A DNA stretch of 64,000 bases from Candidatus Geocrenenecus huangii (GCA_023254095.1 JALNLM010000003.1:32001-96000); one strand, 5' to 3'; counted from the first letter of the stretch, positions 20,544-31,011 are shown. The notes: generated by a model not told the origin, from the letters alone. Made by a program: numbers and translations.

Positions 20544-21192
20544 GAAGGTGATTACTATCTGGAGTGATCCTAGGTGGAAGATATTATTCGACGTAACTAG
20601 GCTGGATAGGGTGAAGCCATGGGAGATAAATCTTGTAAAGATTATTAGAGCATTGTTGGAGGAGCTGGGAAAACTCGAGATTATAGACTTGAACCCATGC
20701 GGAATAGCATTGTATTCTGCAGCAACAATCCATAGAATGAAGACTGAGAAATTACTTAAATCAGATACGCCTAGTGAACCCAAAGAAAAACCTCAACTAG
20801 TCATCCCCCGACCTATAGATCTCCCTATCCCCCCGGAATTCATGATACTGACTATACAGGAGCTGGCCTCTTCCCTTGAAGCCGTACTCTACCAAGATTT
20901 TAAAACAAAAAACATCCCGGAACGATTACAAGCATTTACAGATCTGAGCTTTGAAGATTATCTAGTAAAGCTGGAAGAGAGGATCGAGGAATTCATAAAA
21001 ACCCTTAGGGAAATATTCACAGAATATGAGATGATCGAATTCAGGGTCCTGGTGGAAGGTGTTGATAAGTTAGAGGCGGTACGACGATTTATATTACTGC
21101 TCTTCGCAGCTGCTAGAGGCGTAGTCGAGATAATCCAAGATGAGGAAACAGGCAAGATCGTGGTGAAGTGGGTTGCCGATGGAAGACTCTAA
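20536..21192 (+). CDS. scpA: Kleisin ScpA
   Basis: KPWEINLVKI N-motif, C-terminal FILLLF winged helix; lies between smc and scpB. Confidence 0.88.
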   Translation: MSEKVITIWSDPRWKILFDVTRLDRVKPWEINLVKIIRALLEELGKLEIIDLNPCGIALYSAATIHRMKTEKLLKSDTPSEPKEKPQLVIPRPIDLPIPPEFMILTIQELASSLEAVLYQDFKTKNIPERLQAFTDLSFEDYLVKLEERIEEFIKTLREIFTEYEMIEFRVLVEGVDKLEAVRRFILLLFAAARGVVEIIQDEETGKIVVKWVADGRL

Positions 21193-21784
21193 AGACATCG
21201 TTACAAGGATTGAGGCATTGCTCTTCGCTGCATCGAAGCCTGTGGAGGTAAGAGAAATGTTAAGTATATGCGGCTTAAGAAAGAAAGAGAAAATATTATC
21301 AGCCGTAAAAGAATTAATGAAGAAATACAATGACGGTAGGAGCGCTATTGAGTTGGTTGAGCTTCCAGGTGAAAGATTCTATCTTAGGCTTAGAAGAGAA
21401 TACCATGACTTGGTTAAGAGATATGTGAAAAAACCGTTGTTTAGCAGAGGGATCATGAGGACACTATCGTTCATAGCTTACCATCAGCCAATAGAGCAGA
21501 GTAAAGTCGCAGCCGTTAGAGGAAATTCAGCATACAGACATGTGAAGATCTTAGTAGAGAGAGGTCTAGTAGAAGCTGAAGAAAAGGGTAAAACCAAGAT
21601 CTTGAAGACTACACAGCTACTAGCAGATTACCTAGGAGTACCAAATACTCCTTCAGCCATAAAGAAGGCATTAATGTTAAATTTAGAAGGAAATAAAGAG
21701 AAAACCGGAAACAGGTCTTCTGAGGATACAATGAAAGCATACAATTTCGAGAAATCTGAAGAACCTTTATCAAGCAGTGCATAA
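21173..21784 (+). CDS. scpB: Segregation and condensation protein ScpB
   Basis: IEALLFAA, TLSFIAYHQPI, VRG, TT..LADYLG. Confidence 0.94.
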   Translation: MPMEDSKDIVTRIEALLFAASKPVEVREMLSICGLRKKEKILSAVKELMKKYNDGRSAIELVELPGERFYLRLRREYHDLVKRYVKKPLFSRGIMRTLSFIAYHQPIEQSKVAAVRGNSAYRHVKILVERGLVEAEEKGKTKILKTTQLLADYLGVPNTPSAIKKALMLNLEGNKEKTGNRSSEDTMKAYNFEKSEEPLSSSA

Positions 21785-21900
21785 GAGAACCATTCTATTA
21801 AGAGACTATGATGCAAGTCTTCATCGAGCATCTTCGTTAAAAATATTGTATAACGACTTTATCATTAAATATAGCTTTCTCATGAGATTACATGATATAG

Positions 21901-22287
21901 ATGGTACAGTGGCATTGGGATCTTCATAAGAGGAAGCCGACAGGCGGAAAGAAGCGCCCATATAGAAAGAAGAGAAGATACGAGAGAGGTAGAGACCCTG
22001 CTCTAACAATAATCGGTGATAGAAAAATTAGAGAAAAGAGGATAAGAGGTGGAGGAGTAAAATATTCACTTGCATCAGACCATTATGCAAACGTTATCGA
22101 CCCTGAGACCGGGGTCTGCAAGAAAGTAAAGATCTTGAGGGTTATCGCTAATAAAGCTAGTAGAGACTATGAGAGGAGAGGGGTTATAACAAAAGGAGCT
22201 ATAATAGAGACGGAGATCGGTAAAGCTAGAGTAACATCTAGACCCGGGCAAAACGGAGTGATAAACGCTGTGGTAACTAAAACATAA
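21901..22287 (+). CDS. rps8e: 30S ribosomal protein S8e
   Basis: RKPTGGK, RIRGGG, ITKGAIIET, VTSRPGQNGVINAV. Confidence 0.97.
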   Translation: MVQWHWDLHKRKPTGGKKRPYRKKRRYERGRDPALTIIGDRKIREKRIRGGGVKYSLASDHYANVIDPETGVCKKVKILRVIANKASRDYERRGVITKGAIIETEIGKARVTSRPGQNGVINAVVTKT

Positions 22288-22575
22288 TTCCTGAAAAAAG
22301 ATACCCTGTAATACTCCGTATTTCTCTATCCCTCAGATATGTAAATCAAACAGACAGAGCTGGATATGAGTTTTTTTGTCTTAACCTCACTTCCCGCCTC
22401 CATCAATTATCTTTGCGAGAACCTGACGATAACTCATACGTGAAGATTCAACGTGATTAATCTAGTTCTACCCCATTTTACATAAAGGCGACAAAAATGT
22501 TGAAGAGTACAATCTTAAAATAGTTCCCAAGATTAGAAGTATACAAGATAATTCTTAGGTTGGAGAAGACGGTGA

Positions 22576-22863
22576 ATGATTAAGCGGGATGGCTACATTG
22601 TCTGGCCAATATATTTCGATAAGAACGCCCCTAGGTCTAGATGTAGACGTGTCCCCCTTGATCTAGCTGTAAAGAATCCGTCAATTGAAAAAATAATCGA
22701 AGCTGCGAAAAGCTTAGGATGGAGTGTTGAAATAGAAGAGGGAGCTCATCCATCTACTTGGTGGATTAGAACAGGTAGGTTGATAATTAAACCTAACAAA
22801 CCAATCAATAAAAATTCTCTAATTAAGACCCTGGCTCATCGCCTCAAAATACTAACCGAGTAA
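22576..22863 (+). CDS. srp19: Signal recognition particle protein SRP19
   Basis: IVWPIYFD...RRVP...AVKNP, HPSTWW..TGR. Confidence 0.92.
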   Translation: MIKRDGYIVWPIYFDKNAPRSRCRRVPLDLAVKNPSIEKIIEAAKSLGWSVEIEEGAHPSTWWIRTGRLIIKPNKPINKNSLIKTLAHRLKILTE

Positions 22864-22904
22864 GAAAAGGTAAACTTTAAACATTCGAGAGAGAAAGAGT
22901 AGAC

Positions 22905-23153
22905 GTGTCGAAGAGAATAAATCCAGTGAGACTTGGAACATTGTGGAAGATTGTAAGAAACCGTCTAGTAATTAAGTGTGAGAGAAACCCGAGGATTAGA
23001 GTAAAAGTTTACGATTCATCTCTCAGAGAAGTTGGAGAAATAGTAAACATCTTCGGACCGGTCATCCAGCCTTTCGCCGAAGTCGAGCAAATTAATCCTG
23101 GTAATAGATACGTTGGAGAAGTATTCTACATCATTGAAAAGACGGAGAGGTGA
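22905..23153 (+). CDS. gar1: H/ACA RNP protein Gar1
   Basis: VYD...VGEIVNIFGPVIQPF; conserved position before tfb. Confidence 0.85.
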   Translation: MSKRINPVRLGTLWKIVRNRLVIKCERNPRIRVKVYDSSLREVGEIVNIFGPVIQPFAEVEQINPGNRYVGEVFYIIEKTER

Positions 23154-24019
23154 GAGGTATGGAGTATTGCCCACAGTGCGGGTCGAGTAGTCTCGTACAG
23201 GATGAAGAAGGCGGGGAGATAGTATGTTCGAACTGTGGGTTGGTAATCTCGCATAGAATACCAGACCGGAGACCTGAATGGAAACATTACAGCTTCACGA
23301 AAGACGATAGAGAAAGAGTCGGAGACCCATTAACGTTCCTGATCCATGACATGGGGTTATCTACTACAACCCTAGAATACGATCTACATTCCTACAGCAT
23401 ATCAAGAATACTCAAGAAGAACATAGTAGAAAGTGGAGATAAATCGTTAATGAAAACATTGTCAGCCATACATAGCCTCTCATCAAAGATGCATTTACCT
23501 GAAAGCGTTGAAGAAAATGCAGCTCTTATCGTTAGACGTCTCTGGAAGAAAGGATTAAGACTAGGTAGAAACTGTAAAGGATTAGCTGCGGCATCCCTCT
23601 ATGTTTCTTCAAAGATGTTCTCTATGCCTAGAAACATGAGAGAATTCATTATAAACTCTGGAATAAGCAGAAAAACATTCTGGGATTCTTATAAGAAGAT
23701 AATCCAAGATACAGGAATTAAGAAAGACCCAAGAACGATCGACATCATGATCTCCAAGATAGTTAACCAATCAAACCTTAAAGGAGAGGTTGAAAATCTT
23801 GCAAACAAGATAGTAGAAATGGCTAGAGATATGAAGATTGTAGATGGAAGAAAACCTGACGGGTTAGCTGCTGCAGCCGTCTATCTCGCTGCGAAGAAGC
23901 TACGACACAAGGTAAACCAACGTAAACTAGCCAAGATAGCTACAATAAGCTTAGTAACCCTCAGGAGTAGATGTAGAGAATTAGAGAGCATAATCAATAA
24001 GCTTCAAGATAGTTTTTAA
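23150..24019 (+). CDS. tfb: Transcription initiation factor IIB
   Basis: CPQCG...CSNCG ribbon, PEW, RVG.P...HDMGLST B-reader, two cyclin repeats (GRKPDGLAAAAVY). Confidence 0.93.
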   Translation: MRGMEYCPQCGSSSLVQDEEGGEIVCSNCGLVISHRIPDRRPEWKHYSFTKDDRERVGDPLTFLIHDMGLSTTTLEYDLHSYSISRILKKNIVESGDKSLMKTLSAIHSLSSKMHLPESVEENAALIVRRLWKKGLRLGRNCKGLAAASLYVSSKMFSMPRNMREFIINSGISRKTFWDSYKKIIQDTGIKKDPRTIDIMISKIVNQSNLKGEVENLANKIVEMARDMKIVDGRKPDGLAAAAVYLAAKKLRHKVNQRKLAKIATISLVTLRSRCRELESIINKLQDSF

Positions 24020-24052
24020 CAAATCTTCAATAAAAAACGAATAAGATATATA

Positions 24053-24460
24053 GTGGAGGAGCAGTATTTACTCTTGGTGTATGTTTTGCCTCCTAAAATG
24101 AGTAAACTTGAAGAGAAAGCTATAAAGCTTCTACTCAAGTATGAGAATAGAGGTCTACTTCAATCAGAGTTATGGCATAAGCTTGGGGTAACCAGTAGGG
24201 AAGGATCTAGAATAGCTATAAAACTAGAGAAAAAAGGAGTAGTTAAAAGAGTTAAGGAATTCGCTAAAGATAGATGGACTAGAAGGCTTGTCCCATTAAT
24301 TAAGCAGGTAACTCTTGAACCTATAAAAGGTGCTCCATGCCCTTCTTGTATATACAATAATGTATGCGGTAAACAAGGTACGGTCTCACCAAATACATGT
24401 CTATGGATCGAGGAGTGGGTAACCTCGTCTACATCCTCTAAGAGTCTAGAGAAGACTTAA
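24053..24460 (+). CDS. Archaeal RPC34-like protein (winged helix plus C-terminal Cys cluster); likely start ATG 24098
   Basis: GLLQSELWHKLGVTSREGSRIAIKLEKKG wHTH and CPSC-x5-C-x10-C..W; located after gar1-tfb, as known for TACK RPC34 homologs. Confidence 0.8.
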   Translation: MEEQYLLLVYVLPPKMSKLEEKAIKLLLKYENRGLLQSELWHKLGVTSREGSRIAIKLEKKGVVKRVKEFAKDRWTRRLVPLIKQVTLEPIKGAPCPSCIYNNVCGKQGTVSPNTCLWIEEWVTSSTSSKSLEKT

Positions 24461-24477
24461 CACTATTATTTTTAATC

Positions 24478-25086
24478 CTATAATCTAGACATGCCTATTA
24501 GGTATAGTTCTGAACTCGTCTTTCTAGTAGCAGAAGGAATAAATCTCTTAAAATAGCTGAAAGAAGACTTTACACGTTCTTCGAGTATCCTGAGTTCATC
24601 GCACTCAAATGCTTTCAACATTATTGACCCCCTCTTCTTTAGTAGTTCGAGAGAGATTTCATAACTTTTTTCTGTTAGCTCTATCTGCTTAGAAGTATCT
24701 ATATCTCTGATTCCCGTAAGATGGGGGGAGGCATCAGAGATAACTACATCCACCAGCTTCCCATTCAACGTATCAAGTATTTTCTGTAGAGTATCTTCTT
24801 CAAGAATATCTGATTGTATAGTTATTATGTTGGGTTCATTAAATTCTTTGAACTTTCTAATATCTACAGCGATTACCAAACCTGTTTCTCCGACTAGTCT
24901 AGAAGCTGCTTGAGTCATCCCTCCAGGCCATGCACCAAGCTCTACAACTATATCTCCATGTTTAATCAACTTAAATTTCCTGTTTGCTTCAAGAAGCTTG
25001 TAGGCTGCTCTAGACCTGAAGCCTTCAATTCTAGCTCTTCTCTTGAAACTATCCCTAGAAGCTTCTTCAACCCAGTTCCGAACCAT
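24478..25086 (-). CDS. rlmE: RlmE/FtsJ-family rRNA 2'-O-methyltransferase
   Basis: FRSRAAYKL, ELGAWPGG, ISDASP, K-D-K-E tetrad ending in SSELY. Confidence 0.92.
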   Translation of the reverse strand: MVRNWVEEASRDSFKRRARIEGFRSRAAYKLLEANRKFKLIKHGDIVVELGAWPGGMTQAASRLVGETGLVIAVDIRKFKEFNEPNIITIQSDILEEDTLQKILDTLNGKLVDVVISDASPHLTGIRDIDTSKQIELTEKSYEISLELLKKRGSIMLKAFECDELRILEERVKSSFSYFKRFIPSATRKTSSELYLIGMSRL

Positions 25087-25201
25087 TATACTCTGTTTAG
25101 CATATATCTTCTAGACAATTTAAGATTTGAGAATTATAGAGCACCTATTAGCCGAGTAACTGTGAAATAGAGTCAAAGGGCTAGGTGGAGTGCCCGGTGT
25201 T

Positions 25202-25612
25202 TTAAGTTATGGACGTGACAACATCTTTTTTCTGAAAGTTTTTAGAAACTTTACTCCATAATTCTTCGAGTTTTTTCTGCCAGCTTATGATAACTGATTC
25301 ATCAACTACACTCACAGCTTTAATTGTTATCAAGTCTTGAGCAGTCTTCAGTTCACAGACTATCCTTGAAACAACATCTGCTCCACAACATCCTACACAA
25401 AATCCCTGAACAGAATCTAGCATTGAAGGAGTAACATCATGAGCTAACCTTGGATGAAATTTGCATAAATTTATTAAGACCTTAGCTCCATCTAATGCAA
25501 TTCTAGTAGCTTGTGGAATATCAACTTTCCTGTTAATCAATTCTTTAAGCATCTCTGTTATCTCTGCCCAAATCCCGTCTAATACATTACATATCTCAGT
25601 TTCCGTCGACAT
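25202..25612 (-). CDS. DUF2096-like helical protein with a CxxCC insert
   Basis: W..I..ML.EL....V.IP...AK.LIN pattern and a terminal W..KL helix; family call from memory. Confidence 0.55.
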   Translation of the reverse strand: MSTETEICNVLDGIWAEITEMLKELINRKVDIPQATRIALDGAKVLINLCKFHPRLAHDVTPSMLDSVQGFCVGCCGADVVSRIVCELKTAQDLITIKAVSVVDESVIISWQKKLEELWSKVSKNFQKKDVVTSIT

Positions 25613-25706
25613 TCTCCCTATAAATACTTTGTTATAGTTATACTTAAGAAAGCAGTTATTACACTCTGGAATAATATATATAGTATATACTTGTTTTACA
25701 TGAAAA

Positions 25707-26924
25707 TTACTTTTTAGACAACATATATAGAAACATCTCTTTAATTACTTCGGAAGAAGCTTCTGTCTTAAAAGCCGTAGAATCAAAATGTGTTGTAGAT
25801 GATTTATAACCTCTATTTCTGAGTTCTTCAATTATAGCTTTAGGCTTAACAGGCGAGATCTTAAGAATAGATGCTATAGAGTTCACAGGATAGTATCCCA
25901 CTATCGACGTATCTTCCTGAAGTATTTCTTCAAGTAGTTTAGCTGCTTCTCTATAAAGTTCAAGATTGGCATATGCATGTCTATGCATCTTATAGACTAT
26001 CTCTTCTCTACATAGTCTTCCAAGCCATAGAGGTCCAGAGGAAGAAATAGGCTTCATGCATGTTGGACAACACGATATAGATTCTTCCCCTATCTTATAG
26101 GTGTAGATTGTGAAGCATCTTGGGCAGTAAGCAATCCAGCCAACTTGTCTCAACAATTTTTTAGCATCTTCTATCCCTGGAGAGACTCTTACGAAAACTC
26201 TAGTATAGTAGTCTTTGAGGAATGCGAAAACTGGTTCAGCAGCTAAACCTATTCTAGCGGCTGTCCTAACCATGAATCCAGCTAGGACCCTTACTGCAAC
26301 TTCTTTAAAGAATGGGGTCTTCATAACGTATGAGTCATATTTTCTCAGACAAGAAAGAGGCTTAGACCCCGTTAATGCTGAGAGATCGGTTGCTGTAGCT
26401 CCTAGAATAGAATTTTTTCCACATCCTCTGAAGCTGTTCTCCATGAATTTCGCAGGAGAGCCTGCGGGGTCTACATCAACATAATCGAATCTCGGCTTCC
26501 CTCTACCTCTAGATGCGAGAAGCTCATTTGCATCTAGAACAGAGACTTCAAGCTTATCTTCTACATTATTTATCTTAGCGTTTACCTTGATTAGTTCGTA
26601 AGCGTTTTTAGAGATGTCGTTTACTAATGCATGATCTATTAGGCCGGTCTCTAAGATTAATCTGATGCTCCTAACGCCGATGCCTGCTAGAGGCTCGCAG
26701 ATAGATATCTTTCTATCTTCGAAATAAGCTTTCAAGAAAAGTACTGCTATATCTCTACTCAGCTTTGAGGCTGGATTAAAGAAGGCAGGTAGAGAAGTGG
26801 GAGCAAACTCTCTGGTAGAAGGCAGGATCGGTGATAGAAATGTCGCTCTACCTTCATGTCTCAACTCGACTGGGAAAGAAAGCATTTTTCTGAATTCTTC
26901 ATACTCTTGGGACATACCCTCCAC
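25707..26924 (-). CDS. trm1: tRNA (guanine-26-N2)-dimethyltransferase
   Basis: FFNP...SRD, GIGVRSIR, VDVDPAGSP, TATD, CxxC...CxxC zinc finger, GPLWLG, THF. Confidence 0.94.
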   Translation of the reverse strand: MEGMSQEYEEFRKMLSFPVELRHEGRATFLSPILPSTREFAPTSLPAFFNPASKLSRDIAVLFLKAYFEDRKISICEPLAGIGVRSIRLILETGLIDHALVNDISKNAYELIKVNAKINNVEDKLEVSVLDANELLASRGRGKPRFDYVDVDPAGSPAKFMENSFRGCGKNSILGATATDLSALTGSKPLSCLRKYDSYVMKTPFFKEVAVRVLAGFMVRTAARIGLAAEPVFAFLKDYYTRVFVRVSPGIEDAKKLLRQVGWIAYCPRCFTIYTYKIGEESISCCPTCMKPISSSGPLWLGRLCREEIVYKMHRHAYANLELYREAAKLLEEILQEDTSIVGYYPVNSIASILKISPVKPKAIIEELRNRGYKSSTTHFDSTAFKTEASSEVIKEMFLYMLSKK

Positions 26925-27088
26925 CGATTTTCGACTCGCCTATCTCCGAGACGTCATTATCTCCTAGAAAACTACTTCACAACAACTATAAATACAATAG
27001 CGGCCACGGATTCAAGGTTAGTGCATAAACGTCTTTTGTGATTAGGATTTCCAGGAGAAGAGGGTAAAGTATGGTGTTAGCCTTCTTC

Positions 27089-28378
27089 TTAATATCTTCT
27101 CTTCAATAATGCGATGAAGAATCCGTTACACATATTCGAATGTGGGTATAGTCTACGGGCTTCAACTAGACCTCTTAGACCTGTTGAGCCTACGTCTATG
27201 GATGGTTCCACCAGCTCGAAGTCTGGATGAGTTTTTAGAAAATCTTCGATAACGTATTCGTTTTCTTCTACTGTGATACTACATGTTGAGTATACCAGGT
27301 ATCCTCCTTTCTTAACATTTCTAGATGAACTCCATAGTATGTTGGATTGAAGGTTTGCGAACATTCTAATATGCCTAGGCCTAATCATCCATCTATAGTA
27401 TGGCTCTCTCCATATTAATCCAGTAGAACTACATGGTGGATCAACCAATACTTTATCAGCTTCAATTCTTATCGGTAAAGACTTCGTAGCATCGGCTTGA
27501 ATTAATTTAACTATCTTTGCATTCAGAAAAGTCATTCTCTTTCTCTGGCTTCGAATTCTCTTCCATGAAGAATCTATAGAGAATATTATACCATTATTCC
27601 TCATTTCTAATGTTGTAAGCCATGTCTTAGTTCCAGGAGCTGAACAAACATCTAAGATGATGTCTTCTAGGCGAGGCTCCAGAACCTTAACAGCGTAGTA
27701 GCTCGAGAAATCATGTACTACTATTAAACCCTGATTCATTAAGGTTTTTAGATCTTTAGTACTTGAAGTTTCTACAATGTAGATTCCCGGAAGCCTACTA
27801 TCTTCTTTAAGGATTACATTTTTTTCCTCCGCTATTTTCAGAATATTCTCTTTATCCATTCTTAACGTGTTTAGCGAGCAATATATAGGTGGCTTAACAT
27901 TATCTTGGAAGTCCATGTAATGTTCTGCTTCTACTTTACCAATTATTTTCTCTAGATACTTTACGAACCAATCAGGATAATTAACTTCTCTCCTCGGTCT
28001 TGAATACATATATCTTAGAAGACCGAGAAATCTCTCTGATTGCTCTGGCCAATTCTTGCCCATGGATTGTCTCAGCCTAGATACTAGCGTGGAAATGTCT
28101 CCTAGATTCATTCGGCCTAGTATGCAGGATGCGAGAAGTTCTAGCAAAGTTTTGCTCATCCAGTCTAGAGTTGTATCTGGCAGGATCTTATCCAGATATA
28201 TTGAGGCTGACCTTCTATAGATAGAGTAGATATGCAGGATCTTTCTAGCCATCCTCAATTCTCTAGTGGTGTATCTTTTTCTCTTAAAAGCGAAATACAA
28301 TGCAGAGCTGGGAGAAATACCTGTATCTCGACACATTTTGAGAGCTTCTATAGAGAGTAGAATAGCCTGCGTATCCAC
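27089..28378 (-). CDS. RsmB/NOP2/Sun-family RNA m5C methyltransferase
   Basis: LDVCSAPGTKT, VLVDPPCSSTG, LVYSTCS...ENE, GFFIA. Confidence 0.93.
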   Translation of the reverse strand: MDTQAILLSIEALKMCRDTGISPSSALYFAFKRKRYTTRELRMARKILHIYSIYRRSASIYLDKILPDTTLDWMSKTLLELLASCILGRMNLGDISTLVSRLRQSMGKNWPEQSERFLGLLRYMYSRPRREVNYPDWFVKYLEKIIGKVEAEHYMDFQDNVKPPIYCSLNTLRMDKENILKIAEEKNVILKEDSRLPGIYIVETSSTKDLKTLMNQGLIVVHDFSSYYAVKVLEPRLEDIILDVCSAPGTKTWLTTLEMRNNGIIFSIDSSWKRIRSQRKRMTFLNAKIVKLIQADATKSLPIRIEADKVLVDPPCSSTGLIWREPYYRWMIRPRHIRMFANLQSNILWSSSRNVKKGGYLVYSTCSITVEENEYVIEDFLKTHPDFELVEPSIDVGSTGLRGLVEARRLYPHSNMCNGFFIALLKRRY

Positions 28379-28484
28379 TTGTCGTGGCCCATTTATCAGC
28401 TTAAAGTATCCATATTAATATTTTCCTAATAGAGTCCGCTATGTGTAAAAGGAAATAAGTAAGAGGTATCCAAGTAACTTTAGG

Positions 28485-30980
28485 ATGGGTCAGACAAGCT
28501 TAGATGAGCATTTGAAGTTTAAAACTTATTTCTTATTTGGATGTGCCTATGATGGTAAGGAGGGAAAAGCTTACTTAAAACTTCTAGACATAGAGAATAA
28601 TCAGGTTGAGATAATATACGATGAGTCAGGGCATAAACCATATTGTTATGTTTTAGAAAGCCTTGAGGAGGTAGAGAAACTCAAGCTTCAAGGAGTAGTA
28701 AAGATAGAAGTTGAAAAAAAGTATGACCTGTTTAGAGATAGGGAAGTGAAACTTACCAAGATTATTGCCAGCGACCCTCTAGCTATTGGTGGTACTTCAG
28801 CATCCATAAGAGAGAAGATGAAAGCATGGGAGGCAGACATACCATATCACCTTTGCTACCTATATGATATGAGGCTTATACCAAGTATTCCATACAGGCT
28901 AGATGGAAAGATACTCGAGCCATTAGAACAAGATAGAGAGAAGATTAGAAAAGTAATCGAGAAGTATTTCCCGGATTTATCGAGGGACGATAGGAAGGTC
29001 ATCGAGGAATGGATAGCATTAATGGAGGCTGAGCATTGTAAGCTCAAGCATCTATCACTTGATATTGAGGTCCTATCACCTGTGGCCACCCGTGTTCCAT
29101 CCCCTGATAAGGCCAGAGATAAAGTCGTCGCAGTATCCATGGTGGGAAGCGATGGTAGAAGAGAAGTCTATCTACTGAAAACTCCCAATTTCATAGAAGT
29201 AGATGGAGGCAGCGAATTTACCGTTAAGGTCTTCGATGATGAGGTCGAGATGCTGAAGAAGATATACGAAGTAATTGAGGAATATCCCGTTGTGGCCACG
29301 TTTAACGGAGACGATTTTGATCTACCTTATCTTAGACACAGAGGAGAACAACTTAAGATCCCTAAAGATAAGATACCTATAATTTTAAGTAGAGAAGGAG
29401 CGTCACTGCGGAAAGGTATCCACATAGACCTTTATAGATTATTTAATAATAAGAGTATCCAGGTATATGCATTCGATAACAAGTATAGGGAGCACACGCT
29501 GGAAGCAATTGCTCAAGCTTTGATAGGTAAAGGAAAGATAGCTATAGATAAACCGATTAGCCAGTTGACTAGTAGTGAGCTGGCGAGATACAGCTTCTAC
29601 GATGCATTGCTTGTCCACGAACTACTTACTTTCGATGACGAGCTATTGTTGAAGCTAATAATAGTGATCTCTAGGATTAGTAGATTGCCTATAGAAGATG
29701 TTTGCAGGCATGGAGTTTCAGGATGGATAAAGAGTTTACTATACTATGAGCATAGAAGAAGAGGATACCTAATACCTAGGTCTGATGAACTATTGGAAGA
29801 GAAGGGAGTAATCTCAACTAGACCCATAATCGAGGGAAAGAAGTATAGAGGCGCAATAGTAGTCGACCCCATACCCGGAGTACACTTCAACGTAATTGTT
29901 TTAGATTTTGCTTCTCTTTATCCATCTATCTTGAAGGAGTGGAATCTAAGCTATGAGACCGTAAGATGCGTTCACGAAGAATGCCGAGACAACATTGTTC
30001 CAGAGACAACTCACTGGATATGTAAAAAGAGGAAGGGAATACAGAGCGAACTGATAGGGTGTTTAAGAGATATCCGAGTTAGAATATATAAGCCTTTAAG
30101 CAGTGATAGATCGTTACCTGATCTTCAAAGAAGATGGTATGGAGTAGTCCAGAGAGCGTTAAAAGTATTCCTGAATGCTGCTTACGGCGTTTTCGGTTTT
30201 GAGGGGTTCCCACTCTATTGTCCACCAGTCGCTGAAAGCACAACAGCTATAGCTAGATATATTTTCCTTCAGACAATCAATAAAGCTAAGTCATCAAATA
30301 TCGAGGTGATATATGGAGATACAGATTCACTATTCCTAAAATCACAGGATGAGAAATCAATCGAAGAAATACTTAACTGGGCGAGGAAGAGTCTACATCT
30401 AGATCTTGAAATAGACAAGAAGTATAGGTATATCGTGTTCTCTATGAGGAAGAAGAACTATCTAGGGTTGACGGATAAAGGTATAGTAGATGTTAAGGGT
30501 TTAACTGGGAAGAAGAAGCATATACCAAAATTCATAAAAGAAGCATTCGATGAGATGGTCAAGGTTCTCCAAGAAGTAAAAGACGAAGATAGCTTGAGGG
30601 AGGCGAAGAATACTATACGTGAAATAGTTAGAACATGGTATAATAAGCTTAAGAATGGAGAGTTCGATCTTCAAGACCTATCTTTCAAAGTCATGCTATC
30701 GAGAGGTGTAGACAAATACGTCAAGACTACCCCTCCACATGTTAAGGCTGCTCGGAAACTCATTCAGAAGGGAATACAAGTAACATCGGGGGATATCATA
30801 GAGTACGTGAAGACAAAAGACAAGGATGGCGTAACCCCTCTACAGTTCGTCCGTAAAGATCAAGTAGACGTAGATAAGTACGTAGAATACTTGACGTCAA
30901 CATTCGAGCAAGTCTTTGATGCGTTAGACTTAGACTTCGAAAGAATCATAGGGGTTACAAGCCTCGAAAAATTTTTCTAA
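28485..30980 (+). CDS. polB1: Family B DNA polymerase, B1 type
   Basis: Exonuclease motifs LDIEV and TFNGDDFDLPY; polymerase motifs DFASLYPS, KVFLNAAYG, YGDTDS, KKNY; B1-type DPLAIGG/WEADI and VKGLTGKK. No intein. Confidence 0.95.
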   Translation: MGQTSLDEHLKFKTYFLFGCAYDGKEGKAYLKLLDIENNQVEIIYDESGHKPYCYVLESLEEVEKLKLQGVVKIEVEKKYDLFRDREVKLTKIIASDPLAIGGTSASIREKMKAWEADIPYHLCYLYDMRLIPSIPYRLDGKILEPLEQDREKIRKVIEKYFPDLSRDDRKVIEEWIALMEAEHCKLKHLSLDIEVLSPVATRVPSPDKARDKVVAVSMVGSDGRREVYLLKTPNFIEVDGGSEFTVKVFDDEVEMLKKIYEVIEEYPVVATFNGDDFDLPYLRHRGEQLKIPKDKIPIILSREGASLRKGIHIDLYRLFNNKSIQVYAFDNKYREHTLEAIAQALIGKGKIAIDKPISQLTSSELARYSFYDALLVHELLTFDDELLLKLIIVISRISRLPIEDVCRHGVSGWIKSLLYYEHRRRGYLIPRSDELLEEKGVISTRPIIEGKKYRGAIVVDPIPGVHFNVIVLDFASLYPSILKEWNLSYETVRCVHEECRDNIVPETTHWICKKRKGIQSELIGCLRDIRVRIYKPLSSDRSLPDLQRRWYGVVQRALKVFLNAAYGVFGFEGFPLYCPPVAESTTAIARYIFLQTINKAKSSNIEVIYGDTDSLFLKSQDEKSIEEILNWARKSLHLDLEIDKKYRYIVFSMRKKNYLGLTDKGIVDVKGLTGKKKHIPKFIKEAFDEMVKVLQEVKDEDSLREAKNTIREIVRTWYNKLKNGEFDLQDLSFKVMLSRGVDKYVKTTPPHVKAARKLIQKGIQVTSGDIIEYVKTKDKDGVTPLQFVRKDQVDVDKYVEYLTSTFEQVFDALDLDFERIIGVTSLEKFF

Positions 30981-31011
30981 ATGAAGAATAGAAATCTACT
31001 CGTCTAGCTCC

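Noticed and set aside
17136-21784. SMC cluster as a Wadjet/Mks defence system
   Set aside because: Canonical Smc-ScpA-ScpB features, no JetD/Toprim nuclease, and a core-gene context.
22288-22575. 288-bp gap between rps8e and srp19 as SRP RNA or a hidden gene
   Set aside because: AT-rich with no SRP helices; only short minus-strand ORFs without recognisable similarity.
28485-30980. Intein or inactivation in PolB
   Set aside because: Length is normal and the exonuclease and polymerase motifs are contiguous and intact.
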